Source of the DNA: a bacterium
GTDB taxonomy: Bacteria > Patescibacteriota > JABMPQ01 > JAUVWW01
Length of the DNA: 64,000 bases
NCBI GenBank assembly: GCA_030603885.1
Contig: JAUVWW010000001.1
Coordinates: 70,716 to 134,715, forward strand
Direction: 5' to 3'
Shown: in pieces, positions 28,953 through 38,986 of the stretch
Layout: every line of letters starts with the position of its first letter
How positions within the stretch are numbered: position 1 is the stretch's first letter
Notes under the pieces: model-generated
What the model was told of the DNA's origin: nothing
Seen by the model: the letters and a program-made list of their open reading frames with translations, nothing else
Database searches by the model: none
Position numbers and translations under genes: made by a program

Positions 28953-29503
28953 CCAAAGAAGAAGCTTTACAATTGATAAAGGAAAATATCCAAAACCAAA
29001 ACCTGATTAAGCACATGCTGGCTACTGAGGCTATTATAAAAGCCTTGGCTAAGAAATTTGGAAAGGATGAAGAACATTGGGGATTAACCGGACTTTTACA
29101 TGATTTGGATTTTGAAAAGACAAAAGATACACCTGAAAAGCATGGATTAGTGACAGCTGAAATTTTGCAGGATAAGGGTCTAGATGAAGAAATTATTGAG
29201 GCTATTAAGACACATAATGCAGAAATGCTTGGCCTTGAAAGAAAAACAGATCTAGATCATGCCTTAGCTTCTTCAGAACAGCTAACCGGTTTGATTGTTG
29301 GTTGTACTTTGGTAATGCCGGATAAAAAATTAGCCTCGGTTAAACCCGAGACTATTTTAAAAAAATTCAAAGACAAAAGTTTCACTGCTAATGTAAAAAG
29401 GGAGATAATTTTGGAGTGTGAGAAGTTAGACTTGAACTTAGAAGATTTTGTAAAACTGGGACTAGAAGCTATGCAAGGAATTTCAGAGGATTTAGGATTA
29501 TAA
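28949..29503 (+). CDS. HD/HDIG-domain metal-dependent hydrolase
   Basis: NLIKHMLATE, GLLHDLD, KHG; overlaps lysS stop. Confidence 0.85.
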   Translation: MTKEEALQLIKENIQNQNLIKHMLATEAIIKALAKKFGKDEEHWGLTGLLHDLDFEKTKDTPEKHGLVTAEILQDKGLDEEIIEAIKTHNAEMLGLERKTDLDHALASSEQLTGLIVGCTLVMPDKKLASVKPETILKKFKDKSFTANVKREIILECEKLDLNLEDFVKLGLEAMQGISEDLGL

Positions 29504-29507
29504 AAAT

Positions 29508-29909
29508 ATGAATAGAGTGATGGTCTTTGGTACCTTTGACATTTTACATCCGGGTCACCTAAATTTTTTAAAACAGGCAAGAAAATATGGGGATTATTTG
29601 ATTGTGGTAGTGGGACGAGATAGGACAGTAGAGAAGGTTAAGGGTAAACTACCTAAACATAGTGAAAAAGAAAGAGTTAGGCAGATAGAAAAAACTGGAC
29701 TGACAGACAAAGTAATGCTTGGCTATCTAAAAGATCATTATAAAGTTATCCAAGAACATAAACCCGATCTAATTTGTCTGGGTTATGATCAAAATTCCTT
29801 TGCTGATGGCTTGCCAGAGGCGTTAAAAAGGTTTAAAATAAAGACTAGGATAGTGAGATTAAAGCCTTTTAAACAAGATATTTATAAATCGTCAAAACTT
29901 AATAACTAA
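29508..29909 (+). CDS. Cytidylyltransferase-family protein, RibL-type FAD synthase-like
   Basis: FGTFDILHPGH (HxGH), KPDLICLGYDQ, YKSSKL. Confidence 0.8.
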   Translation: MNRVMVFGTFDILHPGHLNFLKQARKYGDYLIVVVGRDRTVEKVKGKLPKHSEKERVRQIEKTGLTDKVMLGYLKDHYKVIQEHKPDLICLGYDQNSFADGLPEALKRFKIKTRIVRLKPFKQDIYKSSKLNN

Positions 29910-29920
29910 AGAGAAAAACC

Positions 29921-31138
29921 ATGAAAACAATCAAAAAATGGGGGATTGCTTTGGCAATCTTCTTTGTCTTACTCCTTGTTCCTTTGTCAGCTGTCTTGGC
30001 TTTTGATTTTAGAGCTGGGGACCAGATAGTCACTATTGGAAAGGATGAAGTTATTAATGATGATGTCATAGTTGCTGGTCAAGCAATTAATGTTGAAGGA
30101 ACTATTAATGGAGATCTAATTGCTGCTGCCAATACAGTAACTGTCTCAGGTGAAGTTAAAGGCAGTGTTATAGCTGGGGCAGGAACAGTAGATATTTCTG
30201 GAAAAGTAGGTAATGATGTCTTAGCTGGTGCAGGAATAGTTAATATTACTGGCGAGGTAGGAGATAATGTAATAGCCGGCGCAGGAAATTTGACTATCTC
30301 ATCCGGAGCCAAAGTTAAAAACGAAGTACTGGCTGGTGCAGGTAATTTTGATTTATCTGGTGAAGTAGGAAGTGTTAATGTTAGTACTGGCCAGGCTATA
30401 ATCTCTGGAAAAGTAGCAAAAAATGTTCATCTTAAAGCCAGTGAGCAAGTTGAGGTTACCTCTAGTGCTGATATAGGTGGAGACTTTAATTATAAAAGTC
30501 CAGAAAAGACAGAAATACCTCATGGGGCCAAGATAGGAGGAGAGACAAAGTGGGAAATAATTAAGGAAGCCAAAAGAAGAGCTAGAGGTCTTTATGGTAT
30601 TCCCTTTGCTCTTGGGTTTATGGGATTGGTGTTTAGTCTGTTTAGTAAGTTGGGATTGTTAATTTTAGGTCTGATTATTGTTTGGCTTGCTCCAAAACCC
30701 AGTAAAGAGGTAATAGATAAAATTACTAAAACACCTGGCTCAAGCTTTGGTTGGGGACTTTTGACTGTAATTGTGGCACCTATTGTCTGTTTTATAGCCC
30801 TTTTCACTATCATCGGAATACCCTTAGGATTAATTGGATTTGCTTTGTTAGGGATTGCTATCTATATAAGCAAGGTATTCCTTGGATTGTTTATCGGAGA
30901 AAAAATTATCAAAGCTTTTAGCAAGAACAAGCAGGTATCTTTATATGGTGCAGTAGCACTGGGTACTATCATTGTCATTATAGTTTCCTATATACCAATT
31001 TTAGGCTTTTTAGCCATAGGAATTGGTAGCCTCTTTGCCTTGGGAGCTTTGCTTATGGTTAAAAAAGAGCATTGTCTAAAGATTTGTGGACGAGAGCCTA
31101 AAGAAGTTATTCCAAAGGTTGAAGAAACTACGAAATAA
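29921..31138 (+). CDS. Bactofilin-like beta-helix repeat protein with C-terminal multi-TM domain
   Basis: Signal peptide, repeated I.G.V.GDV.AGAG units, hydrophobic C-terminus (FTIIGIPLGL). Confidence 0.75.
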   Translation: MKTIKKWGIALAIFFVLLLVPLSAVLAFDFRAGDQIVTIGKDEVINDDVIVAGQAINVEGTINGDLIAAANTVTVSGEVKGSVIAGAGTVDISGKVGNDVLAGAGIVNITGEVGDNVIAGAGNLTISSGAKVKNEVLAGAGNFDLSGEVGSVNVSTGQAIISGKVAKNVHLKASEQVEVTSSADIGGDFNYKSPEKTEIPHGAKIGGETKWEIIKEAKRRARGLYGIPFALGFMGLVFSLFSKLGLLILGLIIVWLAPKPSKEVIDKITKTPGSSFGWGLLTVIVAPIVCFIALFTIIGIPLGLIGFALLGIAIYISKVFLGLFIGEKIIKAFSKNKQVSLYGAVALGTIIVIIVSYIPILGFLAIGIGSLFALGALLMVKKEHCLKICGREPKEVIPKVEETTK

Positions 31139-31160
31139 GTTCTTTTAAGCTTTAGATCAT

Positions 31161-31191
31161 AAGCGGGGAGAATTTTCTCCCTGCTTTTTTT
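31161..31191 (+). terminator. Intrinsic terminator
   Basis: aagcggggaga-attt-tctccctgctt followed by T-run. Confidence 0.8.
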
Positions 31192-31193
31192 AT

Positions 31194-31222
31194 TTGAATA
31201 GAAATTTGTAATAATGTATAAT
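31194..31222 (+). promoter_or_regulatory. sigma70 promoter of serS
   Basis: TTGAAT-17 nt-TATAAT. Confidence 0.6.
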
Positions 31223-31241
31223 GTGGATATAATATTCACAT

Positions 31242-32531
31242 ATGTTAGACATCAACCTCATTCGTAAAAACCCAGATTTAATCAAACAGGAAATAAAAAA
31301 GCGCCACATGAAGCTGGATGTGGACGAGCTTTTAAAGATAGACAAGAAGAGAAGAGATTTATTAGTCAAAATAGAGAAACTTCGGGCTAAGCAGAATAAG
31401 TTGTCAGACCAAATAGCTAGGCTTTCAGGAAAAGAAAAGCAAAAAGCTATTTTAGAAGGAAAAGCTTTAGCAAAACGAATAGATGAACAAGAGCCTAAGT
31501 TAAAAAAGACAGAAAACAAATTAAGAGATTTGATGTCTCTCTTGCCAAATATCAGTCATGAATCTGGTCCAGAAGGAAGGGATGAATCAGATAATGTGGT
31601 CATAAAAACCTGGGGAAAACTTCCGAAATTCAGCTTTAAGCCAAAAGACCATATTCAGTTGGGAAAAGATTTAGATCTGATCGACATGGAAAAGGCAGCT
31701 AAAGTTTCTGGATCAAGATTTTATTATCTTAAAAATGAGGCCGTGCTTTTAGAATGGGCTTTAGTAAATTATACCTTTGATCTTTTGAGAAAAAAGGGTT
31801 ATATTCCCATTCTTCCACCCCAGTTGGTTAATTATAATACCATGTATGGCTCTGGATTTTTGCCGGCTGAAGAATTTGAAATATACAATGTAAATTCCAA
31901 AGAAGATAACCTGTTTATCATTGGGACAGCCGAGGTTTCTATTTGTGCATATCATCAGAATGAACTCTTTGAAGAAAAAGATCTTCCCAAGAAGTACGTT
32001 GGATTTTCTACTAATCAGAGGAGAGAGGCAGGAGCCTATGGAAAAAAAACCTGGGGAATATTTAGGGTCCATCAGTTTGATAAAGTGGAGATATTTAAAT
32101 TTACAAAAGAAGACACCTCTTGGAAAGAGTTAAATGATATGATTGGGACTGCAGAAGAAATTGTCAAAGGTCTAAAATTGCCTTATCAGATAAGAAATGT
32201 TTGTTTAGGGGATTTATGTCGAAAATGTGCCAAGACTCAAGATTTAGAAGCCTGGATGCCAGGAAAGAGTCCTACAGGACCTAGGGGAGGAAAATATGGT
32301 GAGATTGGCTCTGGATCTAACTGTGCAGATTATCAAGCCAGAAGGCTGAATATAAAATATATTAATAAAGAAGGCAAAAAGCATTTTGTCCATACTTTGA
32401 ATTGTACAGCTTGTGCTATTCCTCGAACCCTGATTGCCATTTTAGAAAATTATCAGCAAAAAGATGGCTCAGTCTTGGTTCCTAAGGTTTTACAGAAGTA
32501 TTGTGGGTTTGAGAAAATAAAAAGAAAATAA
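31242..32531 (+). CDS. serS: Seryl-tRNA synthetase (divergent motifs)
   Basis: MLDINLIR, coiled-coil arm, GTAE, RREAG..G...GIFRVHQFDKVE, SNCADYQARRL, ILENYQ. Confidence 0.93.
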   Translation: MLDINLIRKNPDLIKQEIKKRHMKLDVDELLKIDKKRRDLLVKIEKLRAKQNKLSDQIARLSGKEKQKAILEGKALAKRIDEQEPKLKKTENKLRDLMSLLPNISHESGPEGRDESDNVVIKTWGKLPKFSFKPKDHIQLGKDLDLIDMEKAAKVSGSRFYYLKNEAVLLEWALVNYTFDLLRKKGYIPILPPQLVNYNTMYGSGFLPAEEFEIYNVNSKEDNLFIIGTAEVSICAYHQNELFEEKDLPKKYVGFSTNQRREAGAYGKKTWGIFRVHQFDKVEIFKFTKEDTSWKELNDMIGTAEEIVKGLKLPYQIRNVCLGDLCRKCAKTQDLEAWMPGKSPTGPRGGKYGEIGSGSNCADYQARRLNIKYINKEGKKHFVHTLNCTACAIPRTLIAILENYQQKDGSVLVPKVLQKYCGFEKIKRK

Positions 32532-32572
32532 GAACCTGCTTCGCAGAACCTTGATTCTCGCTAGGGCTCGAA
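32528..32572. repeat. Dispersed hairpin repeat, copy 1
   Basis: ataagaacct-gcttcgc-agaaccttgattctcgctagggctcgaa; matches 50185-50232. Confidence 0.75.
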
Positions 32573-32626
32573 ATAGGCTTAGAAAAATTGTAAAAAATTA
32601 TCTGTCAATAGTTTTATTTTTTATTT

Positions 32627-33766
32627 ATGTATACCACTTGGCTAGAGATTTCAAGATTCGCCATCAAACATAATCTTAAACAATTTAGAAAAATCATTGG
32701 GCCAAATATAAAGTTAATGGCTGTGGTCAAGAGTAATGCTTATGGTCATGGGATGATTGAGGTGGTTATAATTGCTTTAAATAATGGGACTGACTGGTTG
32801 GGTGTGGTTAATCTAGATGAAGCACTGAAACTTAGAAGAGCTAAAATAAAGGCGCCAATTTTAATATTGAGCTATTTTCCCTTTGAAGATTCAAAACAGA
32901 TTAGAGAAGCAATAAAAAATGAGATAGATTTACCAATATATAATCTCAAAATAGCTAAGCTATTGTCAAAAATAGCATCCAAAATAGGCAAGTCAGCTAA
33001 AACCCACATTAAAGTAGATACTGGAACTTCCAGGCTAGGTGTTTTAGTCAAAGATGCATTAGATTTTATTAGGAAAGTTAGACAATTACCCAATTTAGAA
33101 ACCCGAGGGATATTTACCCATTATGCAAGCTCCGAAGAGCAGGATCAGACTTTTACTAATAAACAGACAGAAGAATTTAGAAAACTGTTAGACGGGCTTA
33201 GGCAGGAAAATATAGAAATTCCCTTAGCTCACACTGCTTGTTCTGCAGCCTGTATTATTAATCCCCAAACTCATTCTGATATGGTTAGGATTGGCATCTC
33301 TTTCTATGGTCTTTGGCCAAGTCAAGATACCAAAAGACTAGCTCAGAAAGTTAGGCCAGAATTTAACCTTAAGCCAGTCCTAACCTGGAAGACTAGAATT
33401 ATACAAATTAAAGATCTGCCCGAGGGAACCACGGTTGGCTATGGCTGTACTTATGAAGTAAAAAGACCTACCAGATTAGCAGTTCTTCCTTGCGGATATT
33501 ATGAAGGTTATGATAGACTATTATCAAATAAAGGAGAGGTGCTAATTAAAGGAAAAAGATGTAAAGTTTTAGGTCGAGTTTGTATGAATTTAACCATGGT
33601 AGATGTTACAGATATTACTGATGTCAAAGTGGGGGATGAGGTGATTCTGATTGGAAAACAAGGTAGAGAAGAGATCACAGCAGAAGAGATAGCAGAAAAA
33701 ATTGAAACCATTAATTATGAAGTAGTTTCCAGGATAAATCCTAATCTATTGAGAATATATGTCTAA
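32627..33766 (+). CDS. alr: Alanine racemase
   Basis: MAVVKSNAYGHG (PLP Lys), HIKVDTGTSRLG, GRVCMN, TINYEVV. Confidence 0.96.
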   Translation: MYTTWLEISRFAIKHNLKQFRKIIGPNIKLMAVVKSNAYGHGMIEVVIIALNNGTDWLGVVNLDEALKLRRAKIKAPILILSYFPFEDSKQIREAIKNEIDLPIYNLKIAKLLSKIASKIGKSAKTHIKVDTGTSRLGVLVKDALDFIRKVRQLPNLETRGIFTHYASSEEQDQTFTNKQTEEFRKLLDGLRQENIEIPLAHTACSAACIINPQTHSDMVRIGISFYGLWPSQDTKRLAQKVRPEFNLKPVLTWKTRIIQIKDLPEGTTVGYGCTYEVKRPTRLAVLPCGYYEGYDRLLSNKGEVLIKGKRCKVLGRVCMNLTMVDVTDITDVKVGDEVILIGKQGREEITAEEIAEKIETINYEVVSRINPNLLRIYV

Positions 33767-34916
33767 AAAAATAACAATTGGCGTTATTTTTGGAGGTCGA
33801 TCCCAAGAACATGAAGTGTCTTTAGTCTCGGCTGCTTCGATAATGAAAGCTCTGGATAAGAAAAAATATAATGTGGTGCCTATTGGCATTACCAAGGAAG
33901 GAAAATGGATTGCCTCTGGTGATGCATTAGAACTTTTAAAGAGTGGAAAGATACCCAAACAATTAAAAGCAATTTTACCTCCCGATCCTACTGAGAAAAG
34001 ATTAATCAGCATGCAGGAAAAAAATAAAAAGCTAGTTCCTATTAAAAAAACTTTAGCTTCTGTTAGACCTTATCAAAAAATAGATGTAATTTTTCCAATC
34101 TTACATGGCCCTTATGGTGAAGATGGTACAGTCCAAGGATTGTTGGAGCTAGCTAATATTCCTTATGTCGGAGCTGATGTTTTAGCTTCCAGCATAGGAA
34201 TGGACAAAGTAATTCAGAAACAACTATTCAAACAGGCTGGCCTACCAGTTATAAAATATTTATGGTTTAAACAGACAAAACTTGGAAAGGTTAGAGGAGG
34301 TATAATTTTTAATGTAGAGAAAAAAATAGGCTATCCCTGTTTTGTTAAGCCAGCCTCGCTAGGTTCGTCTGTAGGAATTTCAAAAGCCAAAAAAAGAAGA
34401 GAACTAGATTTGGCTATCCATACTGCTTTTAAATATGATGATAAAATTTTAATAGAGGAAGCTATTGAAGGCCGAGAAATAGAATGTGCTGTTTTAGGAA
34501 ACGAGTATCCTGAGGCTTCTCTTCCTGGAGAAATAATTCCATCTCAAGAATTTTATGACTATAAGGCAAAGTATATAGACGGTGCCTCAAAAACTCTAGC
34601 TCCAGCACCAAATCTTACCAAGAAACAGATTAAAAAAATCCAAGATCTAGCTATTCGAGCTTTTAAGGCTATTGACTGCTCAGGCATGGCTAGAGTAGAC
34701 TTCTTGCTTCAAAAGAAACCTCCTAAAACGTATGTCAATGAAATAAACACTATCCCTGGCTTTACCTCAATTTCCATGTATCCAAAATTGTGGGAAGTCT
34801 CTGGAATTCCTTATCCTGAGCTTTTAGATCGTCTAATTCAGTTGGCGTTAGAAAAACACAAAACCAAAACTCAACTTAAGACTACCTATACCCCAAAAGA
34901 GAAATGGTATAAATAA
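33759..34916 (+). CDS. ddl: D-alanine--D-alanine ligase
   Basis: FGGRSQEHEVS, LHGPYGEDGTVQG, FYDYKAKY, NEINTIPGFT. Confidence 0.97.
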   Translation: MSKKITIGVIFGGRSQEHEVSLVSAASIMKALDKKKYNVVPIGITKEGKWIASGDALELLKSGKIPKQLKAILPPDPTEKRLISMQEKNKKLVPIKKTLASVRPYQKIDVIFPILHGPYGEDGTVQGLLELANIPYVGADVLASSIGMDKVIQKQLFKQAGLPVIKYLWFKQTKLGKVRGGIIFNVEKKIGYPCFVKPASLGSSVGISKAKKRRELDLAIHTAFKYDDKILIEEAIEGREIECAVLGNEYPEASLPGEIIPSQEFYDYKAKYIDGASKTLAPAPNLTKKQIKKIQDLAIRAFKAIDCSGMARVDFLLQKKPPKTYVNEINTIPGFTSISMYPKLWEVSGIPYPELLDRLIQLALEKHKTKTQLKTTYTPKEKWYK

Positions 34917-34980
34917 TAAAATCTCAAGACTCAAAACTAAAAATAGGAGCTTTCCTATTTTTCTTTATTTAAGCCAAAAC

Positions 34981-35009
34981 TTGATAAAATAGCCTTAATA
35001 GTTTATACT
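34981..35009 (+). promoter_or_regulatory. sigma70 promoter of ftsQ-like gene
   Basis: TTGATA-17 nt-TATACT. Confidence 0.55.
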
Positions 35010-35034
35010 TTTATAAGAAGACTAAACAAAATCT

Positions 35035-35937
35035 ATGATTTTTAAACGTAGAAAAAAATATACTGCTTGGAGACCTAAATATAGAGAACCTTTAGCCAGG
35101 AGAGGAATCTTTCAGTCAAGAAGAGCCAGTATCTCGCCTAAGATTTATGGACGTACCCAGAAAGCGACAAAATTTCAGACTTCTTCAAGAGCCCAGAAAA
35201 ATTTTTACTTAATTCTTACCCTACTAATTGCAGGAGGCCTTGTTTATCTTTGTTTATTTAGTAATCTTTTTAAGATAAAAAAGATCGTTTTAGTAGATAA
35301 TAAAGATGTTCATCTGTCCCAGATAGAAGAGATAGTTAGGCCTATTTTAGATGAAAAAAGATTTTTAGTTTTTCCGGGCGACAGTATTTTCTTGATGAAT
35401 ACAAAAAGTATAAAAACTGAACTTATTGATAAAATTCTCGAGATAGAGTCTCTTCAAATTAAAAGAAGATATCCAGATGTACTTAAAATAATAATTCAAG
35501 AAAAAGAACCCATCATTATTTGGATTACTCAAGACAGAGTATACTTTGTTGATAGAAAAGGAGAGATTTGTTATGAAATTTCAAGAGAAATATTACAAGA
35601 CACAGATCTGCCCATTGTCCAAGATAATTTAGGAAAGGAGGTAAAGCCTGATGATAAAGTTATTAAAGAAGATGTTGTTTCAGCTATCCAAAATATAAAT
35701 AAGAGATTTCAAGCCAAGACTGGATATGAGATTTTGTGTTTTGAGATTCCAGCCGCTATGGCACATGAGGTGCATGTAAAGACTAAGAGAGGTTTTAAAG
35801 TATATTTTAACTGTCAGCGAAGCACTGATGCTCAACTTGATGATTTGAATGCTGTCTTAGAACATCAGATCAAGAATCAAGTAGACCAGGTCAACTATAT
35901 TGATTTAAGAATAGAAGGGTGGATTTACTACAGATAA
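35035..35937 (+). CDS. ftsQ: FtsQ/DivIB-type POTRA-domain cell division protein
   Basis: Basic tail, single TM, LFKIKKI, RRYPDVLKIIIQEKEP, YIDLRIEGWIYYR; follows ddl. Confidence 0.8.
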   Translation: MIFKRRKKYTAWRPKYREPLARRGIFQSRRASISPKIYGRTQKATKFQTSSRAQKNFYLILTLLIAGGLVYLCLFSNLFKIKKIVLVDNKDVHLSQIEEIVRPILDEKRFLVFPGDSIFLMNTKSIKTELIDKILEIESLQIKRRYPDVLKIIIQEKEPIIIWITQDRVYFVDRKGEICYEISREILQDTDLPIVQDNLGKEVKPDDKVIKEDVVSAIQNINKRFQAKTGYEILCFEIPAAMAHEVHVKTKRGFKVYFNCQRSTDAQLDDLNAVLEHQIKNQVDQVNYIDLRIEGWIYYR

Positions 35938-35946
35938 TTAAGAATT

Positions 35947-36303
35947 ATGAATTTACGAATTTTTAAAAATCCATACTGGAAAGATAAATTTAATGTAATT
36001 ACTCAAGCTACCAGTGTATTAATTAATCTTATTATTTGGCTTATCCTCTTTTTTAAAATAGCTCCTCAGACCGCTCCTGTGGTCTTGCATTATAATATTT
36101 ATTTTGGTATAGACCTTATAGATCAGTGGTATAAAGTTTATTTTATTCCCGCATTAGGTCTTTTGTTCATCGCACTTAATTTAATTATTGGCCAAGCTAT
36201 ATATAAGCAGGAAAAATTAGCTACTTATTTCTTGTCTAGTGTAAGCTTGTTTAGTCAGGTATTATTACTTATTGCTAGCATTTGCATAGCCCTGGCCCAG
36301 TAA
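35947..36303 (+). CDS. Small membrane protein (LHYNIYFGID motif)
   Basis: Three hydrophobic segments; function unknown. Confidence 0.7.
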   Translation: MNLRIFKNPYWKDKFNVITQATSVLINLIIWLILFFKIAPQTAPVVLHYNIYFGIDLIDQWYKVYFIPALGLLFIALNLIIGQAIYKQEKLATYFLSSVSLFSQVLLLIASICIALAQ

Positions 36304-36325
36304 AATATAGTTTGTAGTCTAAGTT

Positions 36326-37831
36326 ATGAAAGTTTCTATTCAACAATTAAGAAAAAATCGCTTATTTCGTTTCTATGAGATCCTACCAGGAGCTTCTGCT
36401 TGGATTATTCTTTTAGGGCTCCTTGTACTTTGTTTTGCCTGGCCTTTGGCTGCAGCTATTTTTATTATTTGTTTTGATCTTTATTGGCTAATTAAAATAT
36501 CTTATCTGTCGATTTATCTAACCCATTCCTGCAAGATCTTGCAAAAAAATATCAAAATGGATTGGCTCGTCAAGTGCAAAAAATACTCTCATTTTAAAGA
36601 TATCTATCATTTAGTAATATTGCCTACCTATAAAGAAAAAATAGATGTGATTGAACCAGCTTTTTTAGCTTTGTTAAACTCTCATTATCCCAAAGATAAA
36701 ATGATAGTAGTTTTGGCTACAGAAGAAAGAGACAAAGAAAATGCCAAAAAAGCATCCAGATATATTCAAGAAAAATTTGGAGATAAATTCTATCATTTTA
36801 TGACCACCGTACATCCCAAAGATATTGTTGGAGAATTAGCGGGCAAAGGTTCTAATGAAACCTGGGCAGCTAAGCAGGTATTGAGGTTTATTGACCAAAA
36901 AAGAATTCCTTATCAAAACATCATAGTTTCTGTACTTGATGTGGATACTTGTGTTCATCCTCAATATTTTGCATGCCTTGCTTGGCATTATTTAACTACC
37001 AAAGACCCATACCAATCCTCTTATCAGCCTATACCTATGTATTTTAATAATATTTGGGACTCTCCAGCTTTGATGCGAGTAATTGCTTTTAACACTACTT
37101 TTTGGCAGATGATGCAACAGGGAAGACCAGAATCTTTATGTACTTTTTCTTCTCATGCTATGTCTTTTAAAACTTTAGTGGAAGTAGGATTTTGGCAGAC
37201 AGACTTAGTTTCTGAAGACTCTAATATTTTTTGGCAATGTTTCAGCCATTACAATGGAAACTATAAAGTTGTCCCTCTTTTGATTCCAGTATATATGGAT
37301 ACAGTCCTGGCTGATACCTTAAAACAAAGTCTTATTAATCAATATAAACAGCAAAGAAGATGGGCTTATGGAGCAGAAAATATTCCTTATGTTTTTTATC
37401 AGTTTACAAAAAATAGAGCCATTCCTTTCTTAAAAAAGCTGATCCAAGGTTTTATGTTATTTGATGGTTCGGTTAGTTGGGCTACTAATGCTTTGATACT
37501 CTTTTTTCTAGGCTGGCTTCCTTTGATTGTGGGGGGAGAAGCATATCAGACTACGGTCCTAGCTCAAAGTCTTCCCTTTGTTGTTCAGATCTTGATGACT
37601 TTGGCTATGATTGGCTTACTTTCTTCTGCTGCATTAAGTCTTTTGCTTTTGCCAAAACGACCTAAAAAATATGGTCGATTTAATATGTTGTTTATGTTGT
37701 TACAGTGGCTACTACTTCCTCTTTCCACTATTATTCTGGGTGCTATTCCTGCCTTAGATGCCCAAACGAGATTAATGTTAGGTAAGTATATGGGATTTTG
37801 GGTGACAGAAAAGGCACGCAAGAGAGATTAA
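36326..37831 (+). CDS. GT2 membrane glycosyltransferase
   Basis: LPTYKE, GKGSNE, DVD, SED, QQRRW motif, flanking TM helices. Confidence 0.88.
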   Translation: MKVSIQQLRKNRLFRFYEILPGASAWIILLGLLVLCFAWPLAAAIFIICFDLYWLIKISYLSIYLTHSCKILQKNIKMDWLVKCKKYSHFKDIYHLVILPTYKEKIDVIEPAFLALLNSHYPKDKMIVVLATEERDKENAKKASRYIQEKFGDKFYHFMTTVHPKDIVGELAGKGSNETWAAKQVLRFIDQKRIPYQNIIVSVLDVDTCVHPQYFACLAWHYLTTKDPYQSSYQPIPMYFNNIWDSPALMRVIAFNTTFWQMMQQGRPESLCTFSSHAMSFKTLVEVGFWQTDLVSEDSNIFWQCFSHYNGNYKVVPLLIPVYMDTVLADTLKQSLINQYKQQRRWAYGAENIPYVFYQFTKNRAIPFLKKLIQGFMLFDGSVSWATNALILFFLGWLPLIVGGEAYQTTVLAQSLPFVVQILMTLAMIGLLSSAALSLLLLPKRPKKYGRFNMLFMLLQWLLLPLSTIILGAIPALDAQTRLMLGKYMGFWVTEKARKRD

Positions 37832-37850
37832 TTTTGTAAGTCCTTAAAAT

Positions 37851-38966
37851 ATGGCTATATCTTCAATAAATCTAGCAGATTTTTTACCTCCCTTTCTTAT
37901 TGCTTTTATACTAAGTATTCTTTTTACTTATCTTATCCGAAGGTTAGCTTTGCATTATAAGATCCTAGATTATCCCTCTCTTCCTAGGAAGATCCATAAA
38001 AAATCTGTTCCGCTTCTTGGAGGATTAGGACTATTTTTGGCTTTTACAGTTGTTTTGGGATATTATGCTCTTTTTACAGATAGAATTTTGGACAGCTATA
38101 TTTTAGGAAAATATCTTTTGGGAATCTTGGGGGCGGGAATAATTTTAATAATTGGTGGAATTTTAGATGACAAATTTTCTTTTAGGCCCTCACAACAATT
38201 TATTTTTCCAGCCTTGGCAGCTCTAGTAATTATAGCTTCGGGTATTGGAATTAATTATATTACCAATCCCCTGGGAGGATTAATTAGACTGGATACTGTA
38301 AAGTGGCAGATATTTACCTTAGGAGGCCTTCCTTATCATATAGTCTTGCTTGCTGATCTTTTTACTTTGGCTTGGCTTTTAGGGATGGTCTATACTACAA
38401 AGTTTTTAGATGGTCTAGATGGATTAGTTTCAGGTATATGTTGTTTGGGTTCTTTAGTTTTATTTTTCTTAAGCCTAAGAAAAGAAGTGATGCAGCCAGA
38501 GACAGCTTTGTTATGTATTATTTTAGCCGGGGTTGCTTTAGGATTTTTAATTTTTAATTTTCACCCAGCCAAAATATTTCTAGGTGAAGGAGGCAGTACT
38601 TTTTTGGGTTTTACTTTGGGAACTCTAGCTATTATTTCAGGAGGAAAAATTGCCACTGCACTTTTGTGTATGGGAATTCCTATTTTGGATGTGATTTGGG
38701 TAGTAAGCCGGAGACTAATTACAAAAAAATCTCCCTTTTTAGGAGACAAAAAACATTTACATTTTAGACTTTTAGATATTGGCTTTTCTCACCGGCAAAC
38801 AGTCTTGTTTTTATGGTTTATGTCGGCTTGTTTTGGAATTACTGCTTTGTTTTTGAAAAGCAGGGGAAAACTTATTGCCTTGGGAGTGCTAGCTTTTATT
38901 ATGATGGTTTTAGCTTTAATTTTGGTTTGGCTGTATAGACGAAAATATAAAAGTATGGTAAACTAG
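37851..38966 (+). CDS. MraY/WecA/TagO-family polyprenyl-phosphate GlcNAc-1-phosphate transferase
   Basis: RKIH..VPLLGG, GILDDK, FLDGLDGL, FNFHPAKIFLGEGG, HLHFRLL. Confidence 0.92.
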   Translation: MAISSINLADFLPPFLIAFILSILFTYLIRRLALHYKILDYPSLPRKIHKKSVPLLGGLGLFLAFTVVLGYYALFTDRILDSYILGKYLLGILGAGIILIIGGILDDKFSFRPSQQFIFPALAALVIIASGIGINYITNPLGGLIRLDTVKWQIFTLGGLPYHIVLLADLFTLAWLLGMVYTTKFLDGLDGLVSGICCLGSLVLFFLSLRKEVMQPETALLCIILAGVALGFLIFNFHPAKIFLGEGGSTFLGFTLGTLAIISGGKIATALLCMGIPILDVIWVVSRRLITKKSPFLGDKKHLHFRLLDIGFSHRQTVLFLWFMSACFGITALFLKSRGKLIALGVLAFIMMVLALILVWLYRRKYKSMVN

Positions 38967-38986
38967 TAATTGAGTAAAGTAATAAA

